Counted from the first letter of the stretch, positions 16,683-25,972 are shown. The stretch: 32,000 nucleotides of DNA from Acaryochloris marina S15 (GCF_018336915.1 NZ_CP064923.1:3660001-3692000); one strand, 5' to 3'. A program made the numbers and translations. Notes: a model not told the origin generated them from the letters alone.

Positions 16683-17969
16683 TTAAGCCATCACCATGGT
16701 CAAAATTTGGATGGCAATCACGGCCACTGCCAGAACCACCATAATAATCAACGTTCCCCGGCCACCTGGCACTAGCATTTGGGGTGAAGTTTGCAGGGGT
16801 GAACGATATCGTAAAGTCCAAGCCATAATTGCCGGGAGGATTCCCCCTAGAACCGAAATACTAAAGGCTCCCGCATAGTCGAGGGCTGTAAAGAAGATAT
16901 TGGGATTTAAGGTAGAGAGTCCTAATGCTGGCAGAAAGACCATGGAGTAAAAGGGAAGACGATTGTCTGAGGTAATTTCCTGAACCTGAAAGGCATCTTT
17001 CAAGAAATCCAGTAGTCCGTAGGTGAAACCGATAAACGAGGTTGCGATCGCAAATTCCGAAAACACCGATACCACAATACTCAGCCCTGGCGACTCGGTA
17101 TTATTTCGCAGTATTGCCAAGGGGTCCAATACCTCGCTGCCAGTGCTCAAGCTGGCTAGGCCCCCCATACTCCCCAAGATCACTGCATTCCAAATTAGAA
17201 ACATCAGCAATGGAATCACAGAGCCCACAACAATCGACTGGCGGATTTTGCCTAAGTCGCCCTCCAGTTGTGTTGCTACCACCGGCACAACGTTGTGATA
17301 GAACAGAGCCACTAACATCACCGAAATGGCCGGACTAATGGCTGGCCAGTTTTGGTGGACCAATTCTCCTGGATCAACCTGAGTGCTACTCAGCACTAAC
17401 AGGGCCATAAACGTGAGGATCACGATGCCCACAAAGGTGCTGTTAAATTTGGCGACCAGCCGGTCACTTCCCCAATACAGAAGTCCCCCAAAGATCAAGG
17501 CAAACACCGTTGGCCCTGCCCAACCCGGAACAGCCCCACCAACTAGATGGCCCAGCCCACCAGAAAGAATATCTCCCCCTTGAGAGAGGTAAGCAACGAG
17601 TAACGCATAGTGCAGGAATAAATAGGCTCCACCCGCCACGTTGGCAATGGGTTTGCCCAGGGTACTTTCTACCATCCCCAACAGTCCCATATTGGCCTGA
17701 CCCGATCGGCGCATACAGAAGACATTGACTTCAGCGAGTAAGAGCGCTGCCACAAGAGCGTACCCCCAGACCACCATTAACATCACCGTCGAGGGTAGAA
17801 AACCGGCTGGTTGGGTCATTGCCGGTAGGGCGAGTATGCCAGCCCCAACAGTGGTCCCAGCAACTAACGCAATTGAGGCTCCTCTTTGGTCAGGTGCCTG
17901 CTTCAAGGGCTGAGCTGGGCTATCAAGTTTGATTGACGGTCTGTCTTCTGTTAGCAAATCTTTTCTCAA
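16683..17969 (-). CDS. aromatic amino acid (Trp/Tyr) permease family transporter
   Basis: Polytopic membrane protein with the N-terminal motif LVAGTTVGAGILALP typical of the TyrP/Mtr/TnaB family. The only upstream start candidates are TTG codons (17969, 17957), so the start is uncertain. Confidence 0.8.
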   Translation of the reverse strand: MRKDLLTEDRPSIKLDSPAQPLKQAPDQRGASIALVAGTTVGAGILALPAMTQPAGFLPSTVMLMVVWGYALVAALLLAEVNVFCMRRSGQANMGLLGMVESTLGKPIANVAGGAYLFLHYALLVAYLSQGGDILSGGLGHLVGGAVPGWAGPTVFALIFGGLLYWGSDRLVAKFNSTFVGIVILTFMALLVLSSTQVDPGELVHQNWPAISPAISVMLVALFYHNVVPVVATQLEGDLGKIRQSIVVGSVIPLLMFLIWNAVILGSMGGLASLSTGSEVLDPLAILRNNTESPGLSIVVSVFSEFAIATSFIGFTYGLLDFLKDAFQVQEITSDNRLPFYSMVFLPALGLSTLNPNIFFTALDYAGAFSISVLGGILPAIMAWTLRYRSPLQTSPQMLVPGGRGTLIIMVVLAVAVIAIQILTMVMA

Positions 17970-18020
17970 GTAGCAGAGACTACATTAACTGTAATCTTAC
18001 TTCATGAAACTCAAGCTTTA

Positions 18021-18311
18021 CTAACAACAGTGAGGGCTATTATCCTGATCTGCATCAGAATCAACCGCTTCAGCATGAGCTGAATTCGGTGATGTAACGA
18101 TTGTTGGCACAGGATCGTAGCCGCCAGGATGAAAGGGATGGCAGCGACAAATCCGTTTGAATGCTAGCCAGCTTCCTTTGATGGCTCCCCATGTAGAGAT
18201 CGCTTCGATGGCGTAGGCAGAGCAAGTGGGATGAAAACGGCAGGATGGAGAAAAAAAGGGGGAGATCAGTCGTCGATAAACCTGAATAAACCCAATTAAT
18301 AGCTTTTTCAT
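18021..18311 (-). CDS. yidD: membrane protein insertion efficiency factor YidD
   Basis: The sequence [58 protein letters not shown] is the YidD signature. The protein also has an acidic C-terminal tail. Confidence 0.95.
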   Translation of the reverse strand: MKKLLIGFIQVYRRLISPFFSPSCRFHPTCSAYAIEAISTWGAIKGSWLAFKRICRCHPFHPGGYDPVPTIVTSPNSAHAEAVDSDADQDNSPHCC

Positions 18312-18329
18312 AAAACTGACTCAAACTAA

Positions 18330-18360
18330 AACAGGGATAGCCTAACGGTCTATCCCTGTT
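18330..18360 (-). terminator. rho-independent terminator-like hairpin after the 18412..19011 gene
   Basis: The minus-strand RNA reads AACAGGGATAG-accgttagg-CTATCCCTGTT followed by TTAGTTTGAG, an 11-bp stem with a U-rich tail. It ends only 18 nt before the yidD ATG. Confidence 0.5.
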
Positions 18361-18411
18361 CAATCGCAAAAATTTAGATGTAGAGGTTGACTCTATCCAA
18401 TTAACCCGTAA

Positions 18412-19011
18412 CTACCACAAAGCTGGGATAGGCTCAGAAGGAATTGGATCGGGCTCAGCACCACCATAAGGAACGATTGGTTCCTGGACCGGGGGAGCAA
18501 CCACAGGAGCGGCTGCTCTAGGTAGGCAAACTTTGGTAGCCCAAGTGTTTTCGAACCGAGTCACCATCATTTCTTTGCCAGGCTCTAGGCCCAAGCGAGC
18601 AATCGTGCTTTGGGACACTCGCGTATCAACAGGTGCGTCAGCGCCTTCAGGTAAGAGGGTAACGGTTTCGCTTTCTAAATCAACATCCGTGACCGTACCG
18701 CGAATAACTTCATCCACAGCAGGAGGCTGAACCTTAGACACCATACCTTCATCATCGACATCAAAGCCGATTAAGTCTCCCTGACTCAAGCTTTCAGAAC
18801 TTCCTTCAGGGACTGAGTAGGTTTTTTGAGTGCCGTCTAAAAGGCGAACCTCTAGATTCTGGCCATCATAAGAGCGAACAAGCCCATAGTTTCCGGGTAG
18901 AGATTGTGGATCAATACTAGTTTCTTGGGCAAGACTGACATTCACCGACCCGAAAGAGGCGATAGTGGTTGCCAGTAGGGATATACCTGCTCCAGTCAAT
19001 AGGTTTTTCAT
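18412..19011 (-). CDS. secreted hypothetical protein with Pro-rich C-terminus
   Basis: It has a signal peptide (MKNLLTGAGISLLATTIASFGSVNVSLAQE), a beta-rich middle region and a Pro-rich tail (AAPVVAPPVQEPIVPYGGAEPDPIPSEPIP). I recognise no family. Confidence 0.6.
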   Translation of the reverse strand: MKNLLTGAGISLLATTIASFGSVNVSLAQETSIDPQSLPGNYGLVRSYDGQNLEVRLLDGTQKTYSVPEGSSESLSQGDLIGFDVDDEGMVSKVQPPAVDEVIRGTVTDVDLESETVTLLPEGADAPVDTRVSQSTIARLGLEPGKEMMVTRFENTWATKVCLPRAAAPVVAPPVQEPIVPYGGAEPDPIPSEPIPALW

Positions 19012-19178
19012 TGGCGTTCTCTTGCAGATTTGGTTTGTATGCTAGATACCCCCAGCCTAATAAAGCCAATTATGGCGCAGAAATTTGCATATGCCTAGGT
19101 CTAGCGGTGAAATATTCATGTCCACCAGCTATATTATGCATATTTTTTCGAAATTAAAATTATTCACCGATATTTTTT

Positions 19179-20519
19179 TCAAGTTTTTACATCAATCAAT
19201 ACCGAAGAGGATGCTCGGAAGCCAGCGCTAGCAAGAGCTTGAACGGCCATATGCTCATTTTGAACTCGAAACTGAGAACCTAGCCGGATCAGCTGACTTT
19301 TCTCATCTCCCTTAATTTTGGCAATGACTGACACTTTGGCACCATTTTCTTCCCCAGCCTGCTGTCGCAAAATTTCCTTGAGCCGTTGCTGTTGCTGGAT
19401 ATTGCCCGCATCTTGAGCTGGAATTTCGACCATCACTAGCTTTACCTCCTCGATCGGCTCAGCATCTTCAACAATGATCTGAATGCGATCGTCTCGCCGA
19501 TCCACTTTTCCCCAAATCATCAGGCGGAGGTCCGTCTCAATATATTCGCCAATCCGCTCAAAGCTTCTAGGGAAGACGACGCCTTCTGCCTTACCTGACA
19601 AATCTTCCATCTGCACGATCGCCATCCGATCGCCTTTCTTGGTGATGATCGGCTTGACTTCTGTCAGTAATACAATGGCGCTGACCGTCGTTTTCTCTGG
19701 CTGCTCTTCTAAATTTGCCAAACTGATGGGAGCCATTAACCGGGCGGGCCGCTCAATTTCTCGCAAAGGATGATTGGAGATATAGAAGCCGAGGATTTCT
19801 TTTTCCAGCTTTAGCTTCTCGGATTCCTGGAAATCTTCAACGGGTTCGGCTTTAGGTGCTGTCTCTAATGAGGTAGGCGCATCCCCTTCGCCGCCCATAA
19901 TGTCAAACAGATTGCCTTGGCCGATAGCTCGATCCTTGGCCCGAGACTGGGCCCATTCTAGGATGAGTTCTAGATCATGAACTAACTGATTACGATTGGT
20001 GTCAAAGGCATCCAGGGCACCGCTATAAACGAGCGCTTCTAATGCCCGCCGATTGACAACCCGTGGATCAACGCGATCGCAAAGCTCTGCTAAAGATTCA
20101 AAACCACCATCCTCATCCCGAGCCGTCAAAACAGCTTCAATGGCACCTTGACCCAAATTGCGAACCGCAGACAGTCCAAACAGAATACTTTTTTCTAAGG
20201 GGGTAAAGTCCACACCAGATCGATTGATGTCAGGGGGTTCCACTTCAATCCCCATACTGAGGGCTGTGGCAATGTACTTCTGCACCTTATCTTGGTCGCC
20301 ACTATTGGCGGTGAGCAGGGCCGCCATATATTCGACGGGATAGTTAGCTTTTAAATAGGCTGTTTGATAGGTGACATATCCATAGGCTGTGGAGTGAGAT
20401 TTATTGAAGCAGTTGGCCGCAACCCAACCATTGGCAATCAAAAAATTATGATCTTGGGCGAGACCGATGTCATAAACGGACTGTAGGCCGAGGGAGCGAC
20501 GTTGGATGATCTTCACCAC
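19179..20519 (-). CDS. dnaE: DNA polymerase III alpha subunit, C-terminal half with split-intein C-fragment (DnaE-C)
   Basis: The N-terminus [48 protein letters not shown] closely parallels the known Ssp/Npu DnaE IntC sequences ending in AAN/ASN followed by CFN. The remainder is the Pol III alpha C-terminal region. The start is GTG at 20519. Confidence 0.95.
   Translation of the reverse strand: MVKIIQRRSLGLQSVYDIGLAQDHNFLIANGWVAANCFNKSHSTAYGYVTYQTAYLKANYPVEYMAALLTANSGDQDKVQKYIATALSMGIEVEPPDINRSGVDFTPLEKSILFGLSAVRNLGQGAIEAVLTARDEDGGFESLAELCDRVDPRVVNRRALEALVYSGALDAFDTNRNQLVHDLELILEWAQSRAKDRAIGQGNLFDIMGGEGDAPTSLETAPKAEPVEDFQESEKLKLEKEILGFYISNHPLREIERPARLMAPISLANLEEQPEKTTVSAIVLLTEVKPIITKKGDRMAIVQMEDLSGKAEGVVFPRSFERIGEYIETDLRLMIWGKVDRRDDRIQIIVEDAEPIEEVKLVMVEIPAQDAGNIQQQQRLKEILRQQAGEENGAKVSVIAKIKGDEKSQLIRLGSQFRVQNEHMAVQALASAGFRASSSVLIDVKT
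20412..20519 (-). other. DnaE split-intein C-fragment (IntC, 36 codons), with the +1 extein Cys at 20409-20411
   Basis: 36 residues run from M1 to the terminal Asn (..[13 protein letters not shown]), followed by the Cys-Phe-Asn extein junction. Confidence 0.9.
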
Positions 20520-20643
20520 AGTACTTAAATCCTAGATTGATGCAATGGGGCAAGTTTCTCACCATCTTAATCCTAAAATTTCTCCTGACTGAATTGGACG
20601 ATGGTTGGGTTGGGATTTGTAATCTTGCTTTAAGGTTTATGGC

Positions 20644-21753
20644 TTACAGCACGGGAGATATCGATTGTTCGACTTGTACGCCGCGTTGGACCATGGTTTT
20701 TTGAAATAATGGAGTAGGAATTGCAGCTTCGACAGGCCAAACCCCAGGCTTATCTAGTGCCTGAGTCAGGATCAGTTGGGCAATACTTCCAGTGCCGTAT
20801 CCGGCTGCGATCGCAGTATCTGGCAACACCAATGTCGATACAGCCTGGGTCGGCTGCCCCTCCCGCATCCCCGTCACTGCCGAGCGCATGGCGACTCCAA
20901 TCCCGCTAAACCGATCCGTAAATTGTGTCGTCACAAAGCCTCCCCAAGATAAAAACTCAATCATGCGTCGGTTTTGTAACCAAGGCTTAGGCATCCAATG
21001 AGCCAAGGCCCAGGTAATACCGTTATAAATCTCGGGCACTGACCCAAACTTGGTAATTACAGTCTGTACGGGAAACGTTTGGGGCAAGGTGAGCCGTTCC
21101 GGCACATCAAACCAAAAGACATTAACCCGACCATAGGGGGAGGGAAAGGTAATAACTTCCCGACCGCTATAGGGTTGGATGAGCTGCCATTTCCCCTGTA
21201 GCCACCCAGGGAACGACTCAATTAATCCCAAAAAAGTAGTTCGCATAATCGTCACGCCAGCCCCACCGGTTCCGGCGACGACATAGCTGAGGTGAATGGT
21301 ATCGGCTTGATCTAGAGCTTCTACATCCTGACGAACCATGCTGTTGGAAATCCCTGGGAAAACCCCCGTGTTGATGATCGCAGTCACGCCTGCTGCTTGG
21401 GCTTGTTCCTGATATTGGAGCGCCTTCTCCGTAAAAGAAGGATGATCGCTGACATCCAGATAGTTGACCTGGTTTTGGATACAGGTTTTCAAAACTCGGG
21501 CATCACGATCATGGAACGGACCTGCACAGTGAATGACTAGATCATGGGATGCGATCGCAACATCCAATGCCCCTTGATCATCCAAATCCAGCTGCAAAGC
21601 CTGAGACTGAGCACCTAAGCTCGCAGCACTATTTTGAGCCGCCTTCGAATCACGACTGGTGAGTGTAACAACCCCTTCTGAATGTTTAACTAAATCAGTG
21701 GCAACGCTTTGCCCTATCCGCCCAACTCCACCAATCACTAAAACCCTGTTCAT
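20644..21753 (-). CDS. saccharopine dehydrogenase family NAD(P)-binding protein
   Basis: It has an N-terminal Rossmann motif (VLVIGGVGRIGQSV), the stretch VIHCAGPF and a C-terminal saccharopine-dehydrogenase-like domain. Confidence 0.8.
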   Translation of the reverse strand: MNRVLVIGGVGRIGQSVATDLVKHSEGVVTLTSRDSKAAQNSAASLGAQSQALQLDLDDQGALDVAIASHDLVIHCAGPFHDRDARVLKTCIQNQVNYLDVSDHPSFTEKALQYQEQAQAAGVTAIINTGVFPGISNSMVRQDVEALDQADTIHLSYVVAGTGGAGVTIMRTTFLGLIESFPGWLQGKWQLIQPYSGREVITFPSPYGRVNVFWFDVPERLTLPQTFPVQTVITKFGSVPEIYNGITWALAHWMPKPWLQNRRMIEFLSWGGFVTTQFTDRFSGIGVAMRSAVTGMREGQPTQAVSTLVLPDTAIAAGYGTGSIAQLILTQALDKPGVWPVEAAIPTPLFQKTMVQRGVQVEQSISPVL

Positions 21754-21925
21754 ACCGCTGATTGTCCTACAGACTCCTCATCTTAAGGTTGTAGCTTGAA
21801 TCAGAAAGTTGGATCGCAGAAAGTGGTCACTCAAAAAGGGGGGATCAAAAAAATTTGGCAAAGTTGGGGCAAACTAGCCTAAAAAATATGGACGTTGAAT
21901 GAAAAAACTTGGATTAGAGTAGACT

Positions 21926-23002
21926 TTATGTCTGTAACAATTGCCAACCCATACGCAACTTATCCGTAAGAGTTTTGGGGGCTTCCGTTGCATTCATCCA
22001 ATACTTGCCATAAGTTGAAATACTTTTTTGACGGATGTCTTGGGCTTTTGGACCATACCAAATATCACGAGCCCCTTGATCCTTAACATTACCAATGCTA
22101 AGCCAATGTATAGATAGAAAAATATCTCCATTGGTGGTGATGGTAAAAGTGCGCAGACCTGTTCGATTCGGGCCAACCTGTCTCCCCAGATCTTCTTCTC
22201 TAAAGTAGGAGGGGAGTAATGTGAGCAATTGCTCACTATTCATGATGGGCGCTCCCTGTTGCTTAAGCGTGATCAGTTGCTCTCCAATCTGAGCTAACTC
22301 TTCCCAATCTTTCTCTTCAATCCAGAGTTCATCAAACGTTTCGTCCGTAGATCGACTTAAAGGTTGAAAGTGAACTGCAGTTGCGCCTATTTCTTGTGCC
22401 CATTCTACAACAGCAGGTAAGTACCGAAAGTTTTTTGCTGTAATGGTCGTCTTGATCACTATCGGGAACGATTGTTGTTGCTTTATTCGTTCTTCAGCCA
22501 GATAGGTGATTCCTTGCGATAAGGTGTCAAAAAGTCCAGGAGTCCCTCGCAAGTAATCATGAACTTCTGAATTTGGAGCGTCAACTGAAATATTGACATT
22601 AAATGGTCGTGCAGAGGCTATTTTTTGCACATTTACCCTTGATAAACAAGACCCATTTGTTGTAACACCACTATGAATACCTTGTTGAGAGCAAAATTGA
22701 AGTAGATCAATAAAACCCGGCTTCAAAAAAGGTTCGCCTCCACTAAAATTAATTGAAAATTCACCGACAAAAGCCTTTATGCTTAACAGTGCATTTTGCC
22801 ACTCTTCAATCGATAATTCGTCTTGATATTCTTTCAAACGCCAGTATTCACAGTACCGGCATTTAACATTACACCGCTCGTTGACTAATCCTGAAAAGCT
22901 TATGGGCTGGGTAAAATCGAAGCTCGTCTGCAAGTAAGCTGCTTCAGCAATTGCATTTTTCGCATGTTTAACCCCTAACCTCGCTAGCGTCTTGAATTGC
23001 AC
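21926..23002 (-). CDS. radical SAM protein with a cysteine-free SPASM-like C-terminal region
   Basis: It carries the CxxxCxxC motif (NERCNVKCRYCEYW), the SAM-binding stretch INFSGGEPFL and VTTNGS. The C-terminal FTITTNGDIFLSIHWLSIGNVKDQGARDIWYGPKAQDIRQK follows the SPASM/twitch spacing pattern, but the last 230 or so residues contain no Cys. The start is GTG at 23002. GC content is visibly lower than in neighbouring genes. Confidence 0.85.
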   Translation of the reverse strand: MQFKTLARLGVKHAKNAIAEAAYLQTSFDFTQPISFSGLVNERCNVKCRYCEYWRLKEYQDELSIEEWQNALLSIKAFVGEFSINFSGGEPFLKPGFIDLLQFCSQQGIHSGVTTNGSCLSRVNVQKIASARPFNVNISVDAPNSEVHDYLRGTPGLFDTLSQGITYLAEERIKQQQSFPIVIKTTITAKNFRYLPAVVEWAQEIGATAVHFQPLSRSTDETFDELWIEEKDWEELAQIGEQLITLKQQGAPIMNSEQLLTLLPSYFREEDLGRQVGPNRTGLRTFTITTNGDIFLSIHWLSIGNVKDQGARDIWYGPKAQDIRQKSISTYGKYWMNATEAPKTLTDKLRMGWQLLQT

Positions 23003-23178
23003 TCCAATTTTCCCTCATATTTCCACTCGCATAACAGCAAATTATAGTCACATTTAGCTTAAGTCTAAATCTACAGATTTACTATTACCAGAGACCATAC
23101 AATAACTATTCAGAGTAAAAAATTCAAGATACTCCAATTCATTATTATTTTTACTGCTGTTCTTTTTTAGAAATAAAA

Positions 23179-23193
23179 GTTACTGCCCAGGCT
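23179..23193. repeat. IS left terminal inverted repeat
   Basis: GTTACTGCCCAGGCT is the exact reverse complement of 24715-24729. Confidence 0.85.
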
Positions 23194-23276
23194 TAAATCA
23201 TTATGTTGAGAATGAAGTTATCACTCTCTCTGGCGCTATGTTTTAAGTACAACAGCAGTCAATCCATGATCTTCCG

Positions 23277-24728
23277 TTGAACAAGAAAGTCTCTGATCAG
23301 AACATTAGTGAATCTGATATTCGAGCAATCTACCATCAAGGTGAGGATGCGGTTGTTGAGCTAGTCACCCGTCTTATCGAGCGGATAGAGCGACTAGAAG
23401 AACGTCTTGACAAGGATAGTCGTAACAGTAGTAAACCACCCTCAGGCGATGGCTTTGGGAAGCGGACAAAAAGTCTACGGGGTAAGAGTAAACGCAAAAG
23501 TGGCGGGCAAAAAGGGCATCCTGGTCGCACATTGGAATGGCGTGATACCGTCGATGCCGTGGTGTTACATCCGGTGACTCAGTGTCAAGAATGTGGTGCC
23601 TCTTTAACCGAAGTAGCAGCCCACAACTATGACCTTAGGCAGGTTCATGAATTACCCCCTTTGTCATTACAGGTGATTGAGCATCAAGCAGAAGTCAAAT
23701 ATTGTGAGCACTGTCAAACCTTGAGCCGGGGTGTATTCCCTGCAGATGTCACCAATGTAGTTCAGTATGGCAGCAGCCTTAAAGGCTTGATGGTGTAATT
23801 GATGGACGCTCAACTGTTGCCGTTTGAACGAACGAGTGACCTGTTGAAAGAAGTTTTTGGCTGCCAGGTTTCTGAAGGAACCCTCTGCAATGCCCGTACA
23901 ACCTGTGCTCAGAAATTAGAACCGATTGAGGTACAGATCAAAGACGGTATTGAGCAAGCAGCAATAGGGCATTTTGACGAGACAGGCCTGCGGGTGAACA
24001 GCAAGCTATGGTGGCTACATGTCGCCTGTACGAGTGGGTTGACCTACTACTTTGTTCATGCCAAACGCGGAAAAGCAGCGATGGACGAAATGGATATTCT
24101 GCCGAACTTTACGGGCACCAGCATTCATGATGGTTGGCAGAGTTACGCCACCTATGATTGCCCTCATGGTCTCTGCAATGCTCATCATTTGCGGGAGTTA
24201 CGCTTTGTCGTTGAGCACTATCAGCAACCTTGGGCTGAAGAGATGATGACGTTGTTGGTGGACATCAAAACTCAGGTAGAGAGTGCTCATGCTGAAGGCT
24301 TAAAAGCTCTCAGCACAGAACAAATCGAGATGTTTGAGCAGCGTTACCGAAAAGTATTAGCCGATGGATTCAAGAGTAATCCAATCCTGCCAGTTGATGA
24401 AAACGCACCTAAGAAACGAGGCAAGAAAAAACAAAGTACACCGAAAAACCTTCTCGACCGATTTGAGAAGTACCAATCTGCTGTCCTGGCCTTTATGTAT
24501 GATTTCCAGGTTCCCTTTGATAACAATCAGGCTGAACGGGATATTCGCATGATGAAATTGAAGCAGAAGATCTCAGGCTGCTTCCGCTCTTTGGCGGGTG
24601 CCCAGCAGTTCTGCCGTATTCGCGGTTATATTTCGACTTTGAGAAAGCAAGATATCCCTGTACTTGATTCACTTAGAAGTATTTTTGTTGGAACTCCTGA
24701 GGTACCAATGCTTCAGCCTGGGCAGTAA
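23277..24728 (+). pseudogene. IS66-family transposase (TnpC) interrupted by one in-frame TAA
   Basis: The track ORFs 23277..23798 and 23799..24728 are in the same frame and are separated only by TAA at 23796-23798 (…SLKGLMV*LMDAQLLPFERT…). IS66 features are present. These are an N-terminal leucine-zipper-like region with NSSKPPSGD, a CxxC...CxxC zinc-finger region, and a DDE-type core (HFDETG, IHDGWQSY, CNAHHLRE, DNNQAERDIR). The apparent start is TTG. Confidence 0.8.
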
Positions 24729-24729
24729 C
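24715..24729. repeat. IS right terminal inverted repeat (overlaps the transposase stop codon)
   Basis: AGCCTGGGCAGTAAC is the exact reverse complement of 23179-23193. Confidence 0.85.
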
Positions 24730-24757
24730 AAAATAATTCTGATTATGCAGAGCGATT

Positions 24758-25972
24758 TTAAGTCGTATATTCAGCATTGATTTTGACGTAGTCATAGCTC
24801 AAATCGCAGCCCCAAGCTTTACCCTTCCCATTACCATCACCGACGCTAACCTGAATAATCACAGGATCTTGATGAAGATATTGGCTGGCCGCCTCCCGAT
24901 CAAATGCTTGGGGCGTACCCTGATGCATCAAGACAAAATCCCCCAACTGGATATGGAGCTGGGTCGCATCGAAATCTACCCCTGCCCGACCGGCTGCCAT
25001 CGCGATTCGACCCCAATTAGGGTCGCGACCAAATACCGCCGACTTCACTAACATCGACCCAGCAATGGTTTTGGCAATCTTCTGGGCTCCTGCTTCGTCG
25101 GCAGCGCCTTGGACCTGGACTTCAATCAGACAGGTTGCCCCTTCTCCATCCCGAGCGATTTTTTGCGCCAACTGCTTACAAACTTCTGTCACCAGAGCTT
25201 CCACTTGATCGGCTTCAAGACCTCCCTGTATGGCTGGAGCAGAAGATTGACCATTCGCCAGGGCCAGCAGCATATCGTTGGTGCTGGTATCCCCATCCAC
25301 CGTGACTTGATTAAAACTGCGATCGGCAGCCCGCCCAATCATTTGCTGCCAGAGTGCTGGCTCGACCTGGGCATCACAGGTGACAAATACTAACAGAGTT
25401 GCCATATCGGGATGAATCATGCCCGAACCTTTAGCAATACCCCCCACCCGAACTGGTTGGCCTCCAATGTAAGTTTCCAAAGCAATGGTTTTGGGTACTA
25501 AATCAGTGGTCATAATCGCCTGGGCGGCCTGATCAGACCCCTCGACGGAAAGCTGTTCCACCAGTTTGGGCATGGCTGCTTTCACCTTATCCACAGGAAC
25601 TTGTTCACCAATCACCCCGGTTGAGGCAATCAGAACCGCTTCCGGGGTGAGTCCTAAGGTTTGAGCTGCACTCTTCGCCTTGGCAAGCGCTGCCGCATCT
25701 CCCTGGGGACCAGTTCCAGCATTCGCCTGACCTGAATTACACAAAATAGCCTGAATTTCAGTGGGGCCAGTTTGGATCCGGTCCTGGCTATAGGTGACAC
25801 AGGCGGCTTTGACTCGGTTCGTGGTAAATACCCCAGCTGCATGGGCTTTGACATCGGACACAATCAGAGCCAAATCTTTCGCGCCGGATGGTTTTAAGCC
25901 TGCTGCCATGCCTGCTGCGCGGTATCCCTGGGGAGCGGTCACTCCGCCTGAAATGGTTTGCCAATCTGCCAT
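24758..25972 (-). CDS. argJ: bifunctional glutamate N-acetyltransferase / amino-acid acetyltransferase ArgJ
   Basis: 404 aa with GVTAPQGYRAAG, GVFTTNRVKAA, the autoprocessing site HPDMATLLVFVTCDA, and a C-terminal CDLSYDYVKINAEYTT. Confidence 0.95.
   Translation of the reverse strand: MADWQTISGGVTAPQGYRAAGMAAGLKPSGAKDLALIVSDVKAHAAGVFTTNRVKAACVTYSQDRIQTGPTEIQAILCNSGQANAGTGPQGDAAALAKAKSAAQTLGLTPEAVLIASTGVIGEQVPVDKVKAAMPKLVEQLSVEGSDQAAQAIMTTDLVPKTIALETYIGGQPVRVGGIAKGSGMIHPDMATLLVFVTCDAQVEPALWQQMIGRAADRSFNQVTVDGDTSTNDMLLALANGQSSAPAIQGGLEADQVEALVTEVCKQLAQKIARDGEGATCLIEVQVQGAADEAGAQKIAKTIAGSMLVKSAVFGRDPNWGRIAMAAGRAGVDFDATQLHIQLGDFVLMHQGTPQAFDREAASQYLHQDPVIIQVSVGDGNGKGKAWGCDLSYDYVKINAEYTT

Larger units (their letters stand above)
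23179..24729 (+). mobile_element. IS66-family insertion sequence, single-ORF (ISBst12-like) type, about 1.55 kb
   Basis: The terminal inverted repeats are GTTACTGCCCAGGCT (23179-23193) and AGCCTGGGCAGTAAC (24715-24729). They are exact over 15 bp and show weaker similarity for about 9 bp further inward. The element encloses one TnpC-like reading frame. The flanks AAATAAAA and AAAATAAT give no clean 8-bp target duplication. Confidence 0.85.

Noticed and set aside
17023-17913. Five plus-strand ORFs antisense to the permease gene, and 16624..16821 (minus) and 16696..16878 (plus) at its 3' end
   Set aside because: They are Pro/Ser/Thr-rich antisense shadows of a hydrophobic membrane-protein gene. 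The permease frame explains the region.
18070-18369. 99-aa minus-strand ORF overlapping yidD in another frame
   Set aside because: The yidD frame carries an unmistakable family signature, and the alternative frame spans the upstream hairpin and has no motif.
19012-19178. GCATATGC palindrome and AT-rich spacer between dnaE-C and the secreted-protein gene as a regulatory element
   Set aside because: It is only an 8-bp palindrome, with no partner site or flanking structure, which is too little to distinguish from chance.
24052-24552. Short ORFs 24052..24246 (plus), 24344..24526 (minus) and 24364..24552 (plus) inside the IS element
   Set aside because: They are alternative or antisense frames of the transposase gene. 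Single-ORF IS66-type elements have no known accessory genes at these positions.
23171-24737. Target-site duplication for the IS66-family element
   Set aside because: The 8-bp flanks (AAATAAAA and AAAATAAT) are similar only because both are A/T runs. They are not an exact direct repeat, so no duplication is claimed.
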